Counted from the stretch's first letter, positions 30,607 through 43,163 are shown. The stretch: DNA of 64,000 bases from Stylophora pistillata (GCF_002571385.2 NW_019217804.1:1-64000), one strand, 5' to 3'. Notes: a model not told the origin generated them from the sequence alone. Translations and numbers: made by a program.

Positions 30607-32319
30607 AGAAACGATTCTGAGAACTGGAAAGAACCAAGCTCGACAGTCATTTACATGTTAATTAGCCAAAAAATATCATGAACGGAGCTCCCCCATTGTC
30701 CCCGACTGTCACTGGTCAGGTAATTATGGTGCGCATGGGCAAATGAATTCTTCCTCTGTTCATAAGGCTTGAGTCAGGTAGTCTTACAAAGGAAGGAACA
30801 GAACAGAATGCTGCATTCACAATATTCATGAGATAGGTTGGTAAAAATCTCATTTCTTTTGTTTCATTTATATAAGTGTAATTTACTTCATTGTATGTCC
30901 CAAAACACAGCCTTTTTTATTCAAGTCTGTCACATATCTTAAATATAAATAGAATAAATTTTAAGGCATGAAATTTTGCAGTTTTAATTGCTTTCTAAAA
31001 GTTTCCATTTATGAATAATGAAGGATTGGTTTTCCTAATGGTAAGGAAGATAATTTTTTTCTGCTCCCTCTACGACTAGCTGGTATTCCTCATATTTTAC
31101 CTTATTATGGCAAGCTTTAACTGTATCATTTTGAAATTCTATGACTTTATAAAATTTGGACCAAATACCCACTGTATTCTCAAACCAAGAAATGTGATAT
31201 AAATTTGGATTAAGAAAAAGTTTTTTTTCAACATGGGTGCAAAAGCAGGGAGGGATTATTTTGAAAATAAAAACTTTCGCCTTTTTTATTTCAACTATTC
31301 ATTAAAATTGGAAATCTTACCCATTTTTGCCATTTTTTTCTTTAATCAAGAAAATTGAAACAAGAAACTGGGACCCCAACACTTGAACTGAAATAAGAAA
31401 TTTGTCCTTTGTATTAAGAAAGCAGGCTTTGGGAGTGCATATCTGGGTTCATGTTTTACCACTTACAACTATTTCATGTACAGAAAAGACTTGGCCATTA
31501 AAAATTGTTGAAAAAATGATATTTTATTTTTTATTTGATAAATATTTCATAGGGAGCAATACTGCTATACAGTTCTTTTGTGCTAAAGTGGAAAGACACG
31601 CTAGATACAATTAAGGTTTGAACGAATAAGAGGTGAGGAGTAATGAAAAACAATGGAGCTTTACAGATCTGAAAGGGTATGATAGATTTTCTAGAGTCAA
31701 TGATGTTGCAGTGAATTGCATCCATTTTTGCTAAATTTGTACCAGTCCTTTATCTTGTATCTTACAAAAATATTTTTCTAAAATGCCTTGAAATTTGTTT
31801 ACATATACAGTTGATATATGCTAAAATACAATTATTTTATCATTTTTATATGCATTTCTATGAAATTATATCAGACTGGATTTACTTGAATGGACTTAAT
31901 ATGTATTTGGTTATGTTTGGTTATGTCATTGAGAAAAATTCTCCAAAACTTTTAAGTTTTCTCTTAAATCCTGGGTTGTGTTTGAATCAATAATTCAATT
32001 TTCAGGAGTTTTTAAGGTTTAGAAAAATACTATTAATAATAGTATTATAGATGTTTCATTATGGGAATTCAGGTAATAAAACCACATTGACAATACTATT
32101 TAGGCTTTTATACCAACTTGTGAAATTTTAAAATTATGTACAAAACATTTCTGATGCCTGATGGCAATATTTGTCTATGTGTCAATAAAAACTAAAAACT
32201 TGGAAAGCAATGCTTTATTAAGCATTAAAATAGACAAGGTATTTGAAGGAAATGTAGCAGATATTGACAACATTAACACTAAAAAAGAAAGTTGGATGTT
32301 CAGCTTTTTAAAATACATT

Positions 32320-35300
32320 TTAGGTATAAAATACATGATCTTTAATCCATCTTGTAAATCTGCCATTAATATGAGTAAAAACACTGTATTTACCAGGAAT
32401 TCCACATTTAGGATTACCCCAGCTAATTATCCCTCCCAGGAACCACTTCTTCTTTTTACCTTTTGTATCACGGAATAGAAACCCTCCCCCGCTGTCTCTT
32501 TTGCAAGAATCTTTACGGTTACTAGAATACCCTGCACAGAGCATGTTAGATGTAACAAGCCATGTCTCACTCTCATAAGCCTTTTGACAGTTTTTATGAG
32601 AGACAACTGGCATGTCAACTTGTTGTAATTCAGTTGTATTCTTTTCTGTATCTGTGACACCCCACCCTAGCATGACACCCATTGTACCAGGAGTTACTTT
32701 GCGCCTCTGCTGCTTGCTAGGTAAACACACTGGACGTACATGATCAGTCATATTGGCTCTCCTTCTAAGTTTTATCAAGGCTAAATCCGAGTCAAAACTC
32801 CTCCAGTCGAAGTTTGGGTGGGGCACTATTTCTATACTGTCTGTACTTTGGACATGTGGATCCCTTAGTCCATATGTAATATCATGAACTCCAAGATGAA
32901 TTTTGATACTGGAATAAAGCTTTTTTGTTTGCCTGTGGTATACACAATGAGCAGCAGTTACAACCCAGTTTTCTGCAACAAGAGATCCACCACAGTGAAA
33001 ACGTTCAGCAACAATCAAAGCTACTTGCCATGGCCACTGACCAGGCATGGCTGTGCCACCTCCAAATATCCTTAAACGGGAATGATGTGTATTGTCATGG
33101 CTCAACCTGGAGACTCCACATATGGGAAGACAGAAAGGAACATCATCAGACCAAATACCATCATTTTCACAATGCCTTAGTCTTGGTCCATGGACAAAAT
33201 AATGCTGCTTACAATGATATGAGACATAGTAAGATCCATATTGTTCAATTTTCTTGAAATAACCATTGTGAGGTTTTTCAGGATCAGGGCATAGACTCGG
33301 TGTTCCCAAAGAAATTTTTGCAGGATATGTTATTGGATGAATTGTTGGACATGAATCTGGGTTGCATTCTATGGCTTGTGAATTATTTCCTTCACAAATC
33401 ATGTCACTATCAAGGCCATTGCATTTTCTAGTTCTCTTTTTTGTGCCACCACCACATGTTTGGCTGCAAGCTCCCCATGGAGACCAGCTACTCCATAATG
33501 CACAGGGTTTTACTTCACAGATGTTGCTTTCTACTTGGATGGGTCCTTCCTTGGCATCTGTACAGTTTCCGAGATGAAAGGGACTTAGTCTCCGTCTGCA
33601 GTACCTCAAACGGGTCTGATGTCCCTTAGAACAAGTTGTGGAACAGTGGGACCAACTTGTCCAAGAAGACCAGAAAGAATCATTTTGATCACATTGCTTG
33701 ATAATGCAGCTTTTATACATGACATTTTCACCATGACAACCATCCCCACCAGCTTCTGGTTTGGGGTTGGTGCAGAATCTAAATTTCACCTGGCCTCCAG
33801 TACCACAAGATGAGGAACATGTGGTCCAGTTAGACCACATACTCCATCCACCATTCACTGGGCACTCTTTCTCAAAACAAGTTTCCACCTGTACCTTTGA
33901 ATCTTGGCAACCTTCATAACTTGTATCTCCATTTCCACTACAATTTCTGAATCTATGTTGCTTTCCCAATCCACAACTGACAGAACATTGAGTCCAGCTT
34001 GACCATTCATTAGATATGCTTTGATTGGGACAAAGTCCTTGCAAGCAGGTCCTCATTTCAGTCTGATTTCCTCTGCAAGAAACAATGCTTACTCTTTCAA
34101 CAGCTTCATGAGTTAAATTCTTGCACTGTCGTGTCCTTGTCTGGTGTCCAATATCACAGGATTTACTGCAACTTGTCCAGGTTGACCATTCTGACCATTC
34201 TATGTTTACAGAACATGCATGCTGACTACAATACTCAGTTTGGCTATAATTACCAGGACAATTTTTCCCTCCATGTTGTGCTGGGGGATTGTTGCATGTT
34301 CTTTTCCTTGACTTTGTACTGTTATGACAGGTCTTAGTGCAATCAGCCCAGTTTGACCACTCACTCCACCCTCCATGAATAGGACACGGTATTTGCTGGC
34401 AATTTTCAGTCTGAATAGTGTTTCCATTACAAGGTTGACCCCCATTCTTGGGGGCAGGGTTGTTGCAAGTTCGTACCCTAGACTTTCTACCAGTGGAGCA
34501 GCTTTTGCTACACTCAGTCCACTGTGACCAAGCTGCCCATTTTCCAGGAATGGGGCAAGGTGCTTTAGTACATGAAATGATTTCTGTTGCCTCACCAGAG
34601 CAATTTCTACCCCCAAATTGTGGAAAGGGATTACTGCAAGTTCTGTTGCGACTTCTTGTCCCATTTGCACACGTTTTGCTGCAGTCACTCCATGATGACC
34701 AGGTTGTCCATCCTCCATGGATTGGACATGGACCAAGGTCACAATACTTAAGATTAGAATAATTCCCAGAGCAGTTACGACCTCCATGTTGAGGTTTTGG
34801 ATCACTGCAACTTCTAAACCTCACATTAGAGCCCTTTGAACATGTCACTGAACAGTGGGACCATGATGACCAGGTTGTCCATCCTCCATGGATAGGACAT
34901 GGACCAAGGTCACAATTCTGAAGATTAGAGGGATTTCCAGAGCAGTTGCGACCTCCATGTTGTGGTGTTGGGTAACTACAACTCCTAATTCTCACCTGAG
35001 AGCCCCTTGAGCATGTCACTGAACAGTGGGACCAATTTGACCAGGCAGTCCATCCTCCATGGGTGGGACATGGCTCTGTATTGCAATTATGTTTTTGGGC
35101 TGAATCTCCATTGCAAATCTTCCCACCATACTGAGGAAGGGGGTTGGTACATGTTCTGTTTCTTGTCCTTATACCCCCTGAACATGATGCATTACAGCTT
35201 GACCAACTAGACCAGGCCGACCAACCACCATGAATTGGGCAGAAGCCTAAATAACACATTTCTGTGGAAATTTCGATTCCAAGGCATGGTTGTCCCGTGT

Positions 35301-36681
35301 TTTTGACTTGTGAGTCCTTACACGTTCTGACTCTCATTCTAGTTCCCCAAGAACACGTTACACTACAAGAAGACCATGGACTCCATTCGCCTTTATCTCT
35401 GCAGGGCCCTCTAGTACAACTGCGTGTTTCTTGTGAAGGCCCATTACAGGTGTTACTACTCAACCCAGTGAGAGAGTGTCGACAAGAACGAGTCTTTCTT
35501 TTCATTCCTGTTGAGCAAGATTTGCTGCATGGACTCCATTCTGACCAGGCCGTCCAGCTCGCTGTACAGGCCCGGCCGTGGCAGCTCTTTGTCTTTGTAT
35601 CTCTCCCTTTGCAATTCTTTCCTCCCCTCCCTGGCGGAGGATTTGTACAGCGCCTTATCGAGGCTCGTGCACCGGCTCCGCAAGTGCTACTACAAGCACT
35701 CCAGGGGCTCCAATTTGTCCATCGACCATTCACGCAGTTGTACTGGTCATTTGCTACGCGCATAACGGACGTTCCTTTTAAATGCTCTGGCTTTGAACAC
35801 GTTGCACGGAAAGCAGTTGAGGGGATGTATTTTGCTTTGAATCTCAACCAGACTTTTAACCAACGCAATTCGCAGCCACAGTGAAACGGATTATCATTAA
35901 GATAAACCTCTATACCTCTCTTCAATCCACCGAAAGCTCCTTCTGGAATTGTAGATATGTTGTTGTTTTGAAGTCGCAGCGTTTGTAGTTCTCTGAGGTC
36001 TCTGAATGCGTTTTTCGATATGTTCATGATTCTGTTGTCTCTGATTGTAAGCGTCTTAAGCGAGTTCTGGTAATGAAATGTTCCTATGCTAATGCTTGTT
36101 AAGTGGTTATTTGCTAGTGACAGAACTTGTAAAGAGAAAGATCCTCGAAAAGCATTTCCGGGGAACTTCTTGAGTTTATTGCGGTGGAGATCTAATTGCC
36201 TCAAGGACGGTAGATCTTGAAACAATTCCTCGGGAATGCTCTCGATGGCGTTATTATCAAGATAAATCTGTTGGAGGTCTCTTAATCCGTGAAAGAGAAG
36301 CCCTGGTAGTGACGACAGCTTGTTGAAACCAGCGTTGAAAGATTTGAGTCTCGCCAAGTCACGAAACACTGTCGCCGGAAAATCACGCAATTTGTTCGAC
36401 CGCAAATTCAAGGTCATCAAATTTGTCAAATTTCTCAAAGCGGTCTCCGGTATCTCTGTAACCATGTTCCTATAAATTGATAAGAATTCCACTTCAAGAG
36501 GTATAGAGGATGGAATAGTAGTCAAACTTCCTTTGGAGCCACAGGACATAAAAAATTGGCTCGTAGTGGTACATTCGCATTCTCTCGGGCATTTGCTGCT
36601 TTCCCGCTTCAATTCGATGGAGAAAACGATCCAAAATGTTTTTGACAGGATAAGCAAACTCCAAACAACTCTGGAAAACAT
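32320..36681 (-). CDS. Secreted mosaic serine protease: signal peptide, LRRNT, ~8-9 LRR, LRRCT, 14 TSP1, 1 Sushi/CCP, trypsin-like domain; single coding exon, ~1453 aa
   Basis: 4.4-kb open ORF. First ATG at 36681 gives MFSRVVWSLLILSKTFWIVFS. Motifs: CPRECEC; LxxLxLxxNxL repeats; NPFHCGCELRWL; 14 WxxWxxCSxxC..RxRxC units; CPDP..C..C..W..PFC; R|IFGG; TAAHC; DSDLAL; DSGG; SWG. A splice acceptor near 36762 implies a non-coding upstream exon. Confidence 0.93.
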   Translation of the reverse strand: MFSRVVWSLLILSKTFWIVFSIELKRESSKCPRECECTTTSQFFMSCGSKGSLTTIPSSIPLEVEFLSIYRNMVTEIPETALRNLTNLMTLNLRSNKLRDFPATVFRDLARLKSFNAGFNKLSSLPGLLFHGLRDLQQIYLDNNAIESIPEELFQDLPSLRQLDLHRNKLKKFPGNAFRGSFSLQVLSLANNHLTSISIGTFHYQNSLKTLTIRDNRIMNISKNAFRDLRELQTLRLQNNNISTIPEGAFGGLKRGIEVYLNDNPFHCGCELRWLKVWLRFKAKYIPSTAFRATCSKPEHLKGTSVMRVANDQYNCVNGRWTNWSPWSACSSTCGAGARASIRRCTNPPPGRGGKNCKGRDTKTKSCHGRACTASWTAWSEWSPCSKSCSTGMKRKTRSCRHSLTGLSSNTCNGPSQETRSCTRGPCRDKGEWSPWSSCSVTCSWGTRMRVRTCKDSQVKNTGQPCLGIEISTEMCYLGFCPIHGGWSAWSSWSSCNASCSGGIRTRNRTCTNPLPQYGGKICNGDSAQKHNCNTEPCPTHGGWTAWSNWSHCSVTCSRGSQVRIRSCSYPTPQHGGRNCSGNPSNLQNCDLGPCPIHGGWTTWSSWSHCSVTCSKGSNVRFRSCSDPKPQHGGRNCSGNYSNLKYCDLGPCPIHGGWTTWSSWSDCSKTCANGTRSRNRTCSNPFPQFGGRNCSGEATEIISCTKAPCPIPGKWAAWSQWTECSKSCSTGRKSRVRTCNNPAPKNGGQPCNGNTIQTENCQQIPCPIHGGWSEWSNWADCTKTCHNSTKSRKRTCNNPPAQHGGKNCPGNYSQTEYCSQHACSVNIEWSEWSTWTSCSKSCDIGHQTRTRQCKNLTHEAVERVSIVSCRGNQTEMRTCLQGLCPNQSISNEWSSWTQCSVSCGLGKQHRFRNCSGNGDTSYEGCQDSKVQVETCFEKECPVNGGWSMWSNWTTCSSSCGTGGQVKFRFCTNPKPEAGGDGCHGENVMYKSCIIKQCDQNDSFWSSWTSWSHCSTTCSKGHQTRLRYCRRRLSPFHLGNCTDAKEGPIQVESNICEVKPCALWSSWSPWGACSQTCGGGTKKRTRKCNGLDSDMICEGNNSQAIECNPDSCPTIHPITYPAKISLGTPSLCPDPEKPHNGYFKKIEQYGSYYVSYHCKQHYFVHGPRLRHCENDGIWSDDVPFCLPICGVSRLSHDNTHHSRLRIFGGGTAMPGQWPWQVALIVAERFHCGGSLVAENWVVTAAHCVYHRQTKKLYSSIKIHLGVHDITYGLRDPHVQSTDSIEIVPHPNFDWRSFDSDLALIKLRRRANMTDHVRPVCLPSKQQRRKVTPGTMGVMLGWGVTDTEKNTTELQQVDMPVVSHKNCQKAYESETWLVTSNMLCAGYSSNRKDSCKRDSGGGFLFRDTKGKKKKWFLGGIISWGNPKCGIPGKYSVFTHINGRFTRWIKDHVFYT

Positions 36682-39600
36682 TGTGTCAGGTACGGCAACC
36701 TTCACGGGTTTACTATCAACGCATTAGAATGTCTCGTGAATGAAACTGCTGACCCGAGGAGCTGAAAACAAAAATACAACGTGAGGCACGTGTTATCTTC
36801 AGTGTATCGAGCAGGCGTTGTCTTGTTTAACATAAATCTCAACAACCGAAAGCCCCCCACTACTTTTGCAGACTTCAAACATGACCCTCCGGGCTAAGTT
36901 TGATAACTAGACAGTTTGGAGTCATTTTGGCTATGAGCCATCAGGCTGGAAGCAAATAAACCTCGTGCTGAAGCCATTAAGCTTGGGTTGAATTCGGAAA
37001 TCTACATGCTTGTTTACAGAAGACTTGCATTAATGAAGTTTAATGTCAACTTCGTTTACCCTTGAACAAAGTAAAACCACGCTCCACTGGCGTTCTATAG
37101 CTCAACGTTTGTCTACAGGGATTTGTTTGATTCTTGTGTCTAGGTCCGGTAACTGCGATCTTCTCTGTGCTTTTGTGCTCAGAGCTGCTGGCGAGTCTCA
37201 GTTCACAGTTCCTTCAAGTGTCCTAGTAGTATTGTTAGCGAGTGGGTGACGATGGCAGTCATTTATCATCGAGTGCGAGAATCATGGATTGGTTGCAGCT
37301 TACAATAGTGGCATTACATGGCAATTTTACCAAATGATATTATATCTTACCTTTCTAAAACTAACATTCAAACCGGAAAAAGGACAAAAGCTGTTCCGAT
37401 TAACCGCGATTGTAGTAAAGATATGTTTGTAGGATTCAGTCTAACATCTTATGACCCGATCAGTACGAAAGTCTCATTAATAGAGACAGCACGGTTGATG
37501 AATTCCCCATCCAAGGAAAGCAAGCAGCTTTTTTTAGTTTGGTCTGTCGGCTGAGCCTGATAGGCTTTAGCTTTGTTGTTCAAGAAACTGCGTTTCAAAG
37601 ATGCTTTTGTAATAACAGTCTGCAAAAACTGGCCTGGACGACACAATAGCTTTGCTAATTGCCCACTAACAAAGGCGTTTTGTTATCTTAGATTTAATCT
37701 TTCAAGCACAAAAGAGCTTCACTTGGGATTTGATGCACGACTTGTCTAAATAAGAAACTCACAATCTAGTTCCTTGGTCAAATGACAAACAATTTCGTTT
37801 GTAAATGAAAACTAAACTCGATGTCTTGATAGTGGTTAGGTGCAGGTCTATTTCATACATACTGCCGTATATCAAAATTCCTGAGCATAAGTTAATTATA
37901 ATTGCAGGTAGTTTTTTAAACTCAAATCCTAAGAACAACTATTAATTTTATTGTTGCATGTGGCCATTGTTTTAAGTGCCGCTCGGCAAGTCAACGTTAT
38001 GATGGCAAGGTTTGGACACAAATAAAAGCTTATTAGGTTTAGAACACTATAGCATATATCGGACCGTACTTAAAAACTCTTAAGGCTGATAATAAATTTG
38101 TAAAAGGTGCAACAGAGATTTCAAATACGACATTTCTCTATGGGGTGATAGAAAGGGTCCTTTGTGCCAAACTGTCGTTTAGGACCACCCACCACCTCCA
38201 GGCAGTTGGTGAAAAACAGGTTACCCGCTACTTATTGCGTTATAATTGTTTGTACTCTTTTAAAACATAATTACCTTGAGGCGTTAATAGTTCTTGTAGG
38301 TCGTCACAAAAAAACAATGGTTTATTCATTCCAAGCACGTAGTATCTTTGCTATGGCGCCATTCGTAATTTATAAAGCATTCACATTCCCCGTGTACACG
38401 CCTCTAGGTCAAATTTTCATCTTTTTGGCTTGCAACAATGTGGAAATGTTGGTCTGTGCTTCTACTTTAAAATAACCTTATCACTTTTGTCTCACATTTT
38501 TTAGTTGTCTTCTTGCCCAGAAAATAGACAAATGAATTAGCATTAATTTTTACGACCTTAGATGTTTTGTCATACTAGTTAGAAGAGTGCTCTCTGTACG
38601 CAATAACTCGCAAGGATGTACATTCTTATAGAACTCTTCGCCAAAAAGACTCGCTCATCGCCAAGTACATAATATAGTCATGGGAAGGAGCTTTGAAAAT
38701 TTATGACTCGGACTTGATACTTCTTGGGTCGTGTCTTTGCGATGTTATATTGCTACCGCTATATGATCAACTCCTTACCGTTTCATTTTCCGTTAGCCAT
38801 TCAGACACTTGATCTTAGCAAGGAGATATAGACGGCGACACTCTGGCTTGAAATTGAGGGTCCTTCCGTTCTCCAAATAAACCGCAAATTTCAAAGTTTG
38901 TTTTTGAAACAACTTTAAAGATTGCTAAACGCCTTACCGCTTTTAACCGTTTCAGTGTTTAGGAAATTATAAGCTTATTCTCCAATTGCATTTGTTTTCA
39001 AAAGGCGCAATATTTTGGCCTATTTCTCAGTGTTACACCTCACTTCGGATTGAGCTTAAGAAAACAAGGACTACTTCATCTTAGTGCCTCTAACCGTCTA
39101 AGTGGATTATGTCGCCGACAAACCATTTAAGTATGTGGTTCATTGCCTCTAAGAGAATAAAAGTAGCTCAACATTAGACCCATCATTTCAGACGTTTAAT
39201 ATTTTGTCTTCTATACGCGAGAGAGAACTTCCTCCTGGACATTGAATGTTTTCTTTAAATTTGGGCTTCTAATCACTGTTTTTAGTTTGTTTTTCAAATT
39301 ACGGTACTGGCCTAGTTTCAGTTACTGAAGAAATGATACTTTTTAAAACGGCTCTTCTTACACGCGCACATTGTTTAAGTGCACGCAAAATCCCATACCC
39401 TGCCCAGAATAGTTTCCAAAGAAAGTAACGGAACCAATTCGCAGAAATTAGCTCTATGGTGTCCTTTTGCGGCGTTTACCTCATTTACCTCAGTAAAGTC
39501 GCTTATAAGGGAGGAAGATTATTGCGGTTGAAAAAATTGAGTAGCACATTGCTGAGCTGTTTAGTTTTTATCCTCTTTTTTACCAGACAAGTGTTATTAC

Positions 39601-41289
39601 TTGTCTCGTGACTTAGTAAATGTGCTTCTGAAAATTCGCTTACTTTCCTTGATTCTGTAACTCAGAGGAACTGAAAACTTTTAGTAACTTCCACCAGATA
39701 ACCGTTGGAAACGGCCGAGAAGAAGTGCATGTTAAATCAAAATCAGAGGTTCTCATTATAGCGGCGTTTGTATTTGGTACTCAAATGAGAGGTCTACAGA
39801 AATAGTTAAGCAATATGTAGCAGGTCATGCGCCATATACTTTGTTCCTCACTTCAGAGAAGTGTAGAACTTTCCGCCCATTCTGTGTTAACTAGACGAGA
39901 ACGAATAAGAGCGACGTGAGTCGAACGATATCGTTGAAAAATAATTCGTGTTTTGTAAATCCAGGTGATCAATTCGCTTCAGATTAACCTAAAGGAAGTC
40001 AAGGATCGCAAAGAAAATGAAGGAAGATGGTTAATTTTTAAGGTCAGTCGTCGAATAAGGGGGTTAAGCATTGATCACGAGCATGAGATAAAAAGTCTGA
40101 GTCCCTTACAGCGGTTCGATCGCGGTCATACAAGTCTCTCTAATCTCCCAGATGTTATGGTGAATCTTATCTGCTCCATGACCTTATGCACGCACGTTTT
40201 CTGCAGCGCTTGTAGCATAAGTAGTGTTTGATAGTATAGCGTTCTACTTGTTCGCTCTAAGTTTTCTTACATCAGGACTGCTTAATAGAAATAAAGAGGA
40301 GATTCTTTTGTCTACCTTTTAGAGTTGCGTTAACGATTTAAGGCTGAAAGCTTGCCCGAAATTTTCAACCAATCGGAACCAAAACTAAAGCCGATTGTGA
40401 CTTGGTATCTCTTGTTTTCCCGCGCTTTTGGCAGGTTGCTTGTTTAGGTTTGAATTCTCATTTGTTCGTTGTGATATTTCCTTTTGTTCTGATTGGAGGT
40501 TGCAAAGATTAACCTGGTTTTGGTCTTACCGCTGACCAACTTACCAGAATTTAAATTTCTAACAGCACGACGAATGTCACACGCATCAACATTTTAATGA
40601 CAAAGCTCGCCGAAGCTCTGAGAATTTATTCTACAAGAAGACTCGGAGAAGTTTTCTGTGTCCCATGCGAAAAACGTCTGTTGAATTGAACTCCGATTTT
40701 CATGTTTGTAATTTGTAACCATAGCGAGTTAATCTTCTTTATTGCCAATCATCCTTGTCTTTCTGTTGTTTATTATTTCCATCAGTTTTAGTGTTTGTCT
40801 ATCTCTTACCAAACTGATCCTTCAGGGTTTCCTTTAGGTTTTAGTTAAATTTTTCTTTCCTTTTTTGACACGTTGAAGTAAACAAGTTGATATATCGTGA
40901 CGTTAGGATTTTAAGTTCGTCGACTAAATTTATCTATCAGTACCATTTATAATTTTTGGCAATCGGCTTGTGTGCTATTTGGCCCCTATTGAATGTTGCC
41001 ACTTAAAGATCATCGCTCTCCCAGTGAGCTCGTTATGAACCACAATAAACAGATTTACCCAACAACCTCGATTCGGTACCTTCGTGACAAATTTTTACGT
41101 TAGCTTAGAGTGGCTCACTCAACTGCCTTTTCAGAGCGCTCCCTTTGTAATTTTACATGTAGAATTTGCAGGTAAGTAGGAATAATACAAAGCAGTCAGG
41201 TGTAGAAATGAAAAATCATTTATTACCGTTATCGCGTCATGCGAATGTGCTAGAGTCAAATAGATCTCAAGTGTTTGAATGTGTCAATT

Positions 41290-41720
41290 CCCTTGGTGCA
41301 ACGAGATATTGTTGTATAGCATTGTTAAGTTGTAAGTGTTTTATAAAATCAACAGAGCAATCAGGCGTTCAGGTGAAAGTTATCCCCTAACTATAGAACA
41401 TACTTGTGTGGCACGCCTGAGTTGTGCGAGTGTCAAGTGTTTTATGGGTCCAATGGCTAAGGCTTGGTGCAGCGAGATTGTTGTATAATATTGTAAGTGT
41501 TTTATAAAAATCAAGAGAGTAATCAGGCGTTCAGTTGAAAGATATCCCTGGCTGTAGACCATACTTGTGTGGTGCGCCTTAATTGTGCGATTGTCAAGTG
41601 TCTTATTGGGCCAAATGAAGGCTTGGTGCAACGAAATTGTTGTATCAGATAGTCAGCTTTATTTTGAAAAAATGAAGAGAGTAATCAGCAGAACAAATGA
41701 AACATGGCTCTGACTGTACA
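41290..41720. repeat. Diverged ~160-bp tandem repeat, about 2.5 copies
   Basis: Repeated tggtgca.cga..ttgttgtat and ttgtaagtgttttataaaa..aatcaggcgttcag. Confidence 0.75.
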
Positions 41721-43163
41721 CCATGCGAGTGCAAGTTTTAAATATGGCTTAAAACTGTCTTAATATGCCTATTGCCCCCAGTGCGTCAAGATTGTTTATC
41801 AGTTTGTAAGCCGCCTTACTAATACAAGATAAGTTATCTTGTAAAAGATCAAGCATGTGCTTCGAAGAAATGTCCAATACACGCTTTTTACTACAACGCA
41901 CGATTAGAATTAGGCTAAAAACAGCCGGGAATTAACCCTATGGGGTTAGAACTGATTTGCGGTCGCCACACCTACTTGTTTAAGGAATCCTTGCATCCAC
42001 AGTGCGATTTACATAAGGGAAGTGCTGAGAGTTCAACTACTTTACGGAAATCAGAAAGCGAGAAACAGTCAAACGAAAGCTGAATACAAAACACTTCGAC
42101 TTAAACGCACACAGCCGAGCCGGAGAATCATGTGTAGCTGAGCTAATCTTTGCTATTGATTTCACTACATTTTGGCTAGCATATAAATGTATTCTATTTA
42201 CTAAGAACATGATCGATTCACCACAGTGACCTCTTACGTTTTTGTTTATATAGAAAGCGGCTTTTAAAACAAAATTATTTTGGCGAAAACCATTTCCGCT
42301 GTTTTGTTTACAAAAGGATTTGCTTTGCGTAGAATCTGAGAATTTTTAGATTGGAAATATCATGATACCGAAACCACAATCGTAAAACAATTTTGCAGTT
42401 TGAAAGAGTACAAGAACGATATCAGAAAAACACAGGTTCCACTTGTGTTGATAAATATTGAGGGTGAAAAAACACAGAATGTAGGAAATCACGAGGAATT
42501 CAGAAGACTGTATTTGAAAGCATAAAGCCTCATAAGGGCACAATGTCTTGGTAACGACGGAAACTTTCACTTAATTGAGACTGGCGAATGTTAGGGAAAT
42601 TTAAAACTCATTCATTGGTTGTTTCACTCTACTCTCTTACTACTAATATCAACAGCTTTTTCAATGAAAAGCGGAGTTGAAAACTACAACCGTCGGAGCA
42701 AGTTTTTCTACTAAATTCTCAGTCAGATATGGCCTGCATTGCATTGTTTTTTTATGATGACCCTCAAATTATTTTTGAAAGGTATAGTTTTAAATGTAAT
42801 CAACATGTCTTACCTAAGTCCTGTTGATAAGGTACAACTGTGTTGCACTTGGTTCGTATCAGGCCGTAGTGCACCGACCAAATTCACTCCGTAACCTCTC
42901 AAGGATATTGAAATGGCAACCACTCGACAGTGGATGCTATTTCAATATCCCAAGCTATTTGCTGCAGCTCGAGATGAGCCTAGGTCACATGACTTCCAAA
43001 TTGCTTAAACGCCGCCGAGTCATACAATATTTATGACACGCGGACTACACCCTATGTCGTGTAAAGACACGCTGACTACACCCTATGTCGTGTAAACACT
43101 CCTTTACACCCTAATATCGGTATGTATATTCTCCATCCTGTTCTACTCACATTTCCAAAGGTG

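Noticed and set aside
34206-35884. 199-aa and 206-aa alternative-frame or antisense ORFs over the TSP1 array
   Set aside because: Shadow ORFs of the repetitive protease CDS, with no independent motifs.
36682-36705. ORF-track start MKVAVPDT of the 1461-aa ORF
   Set aside because: It begins at GTG. The first ATG is at 36681 and directly precedes a signal-peptide-like segment.
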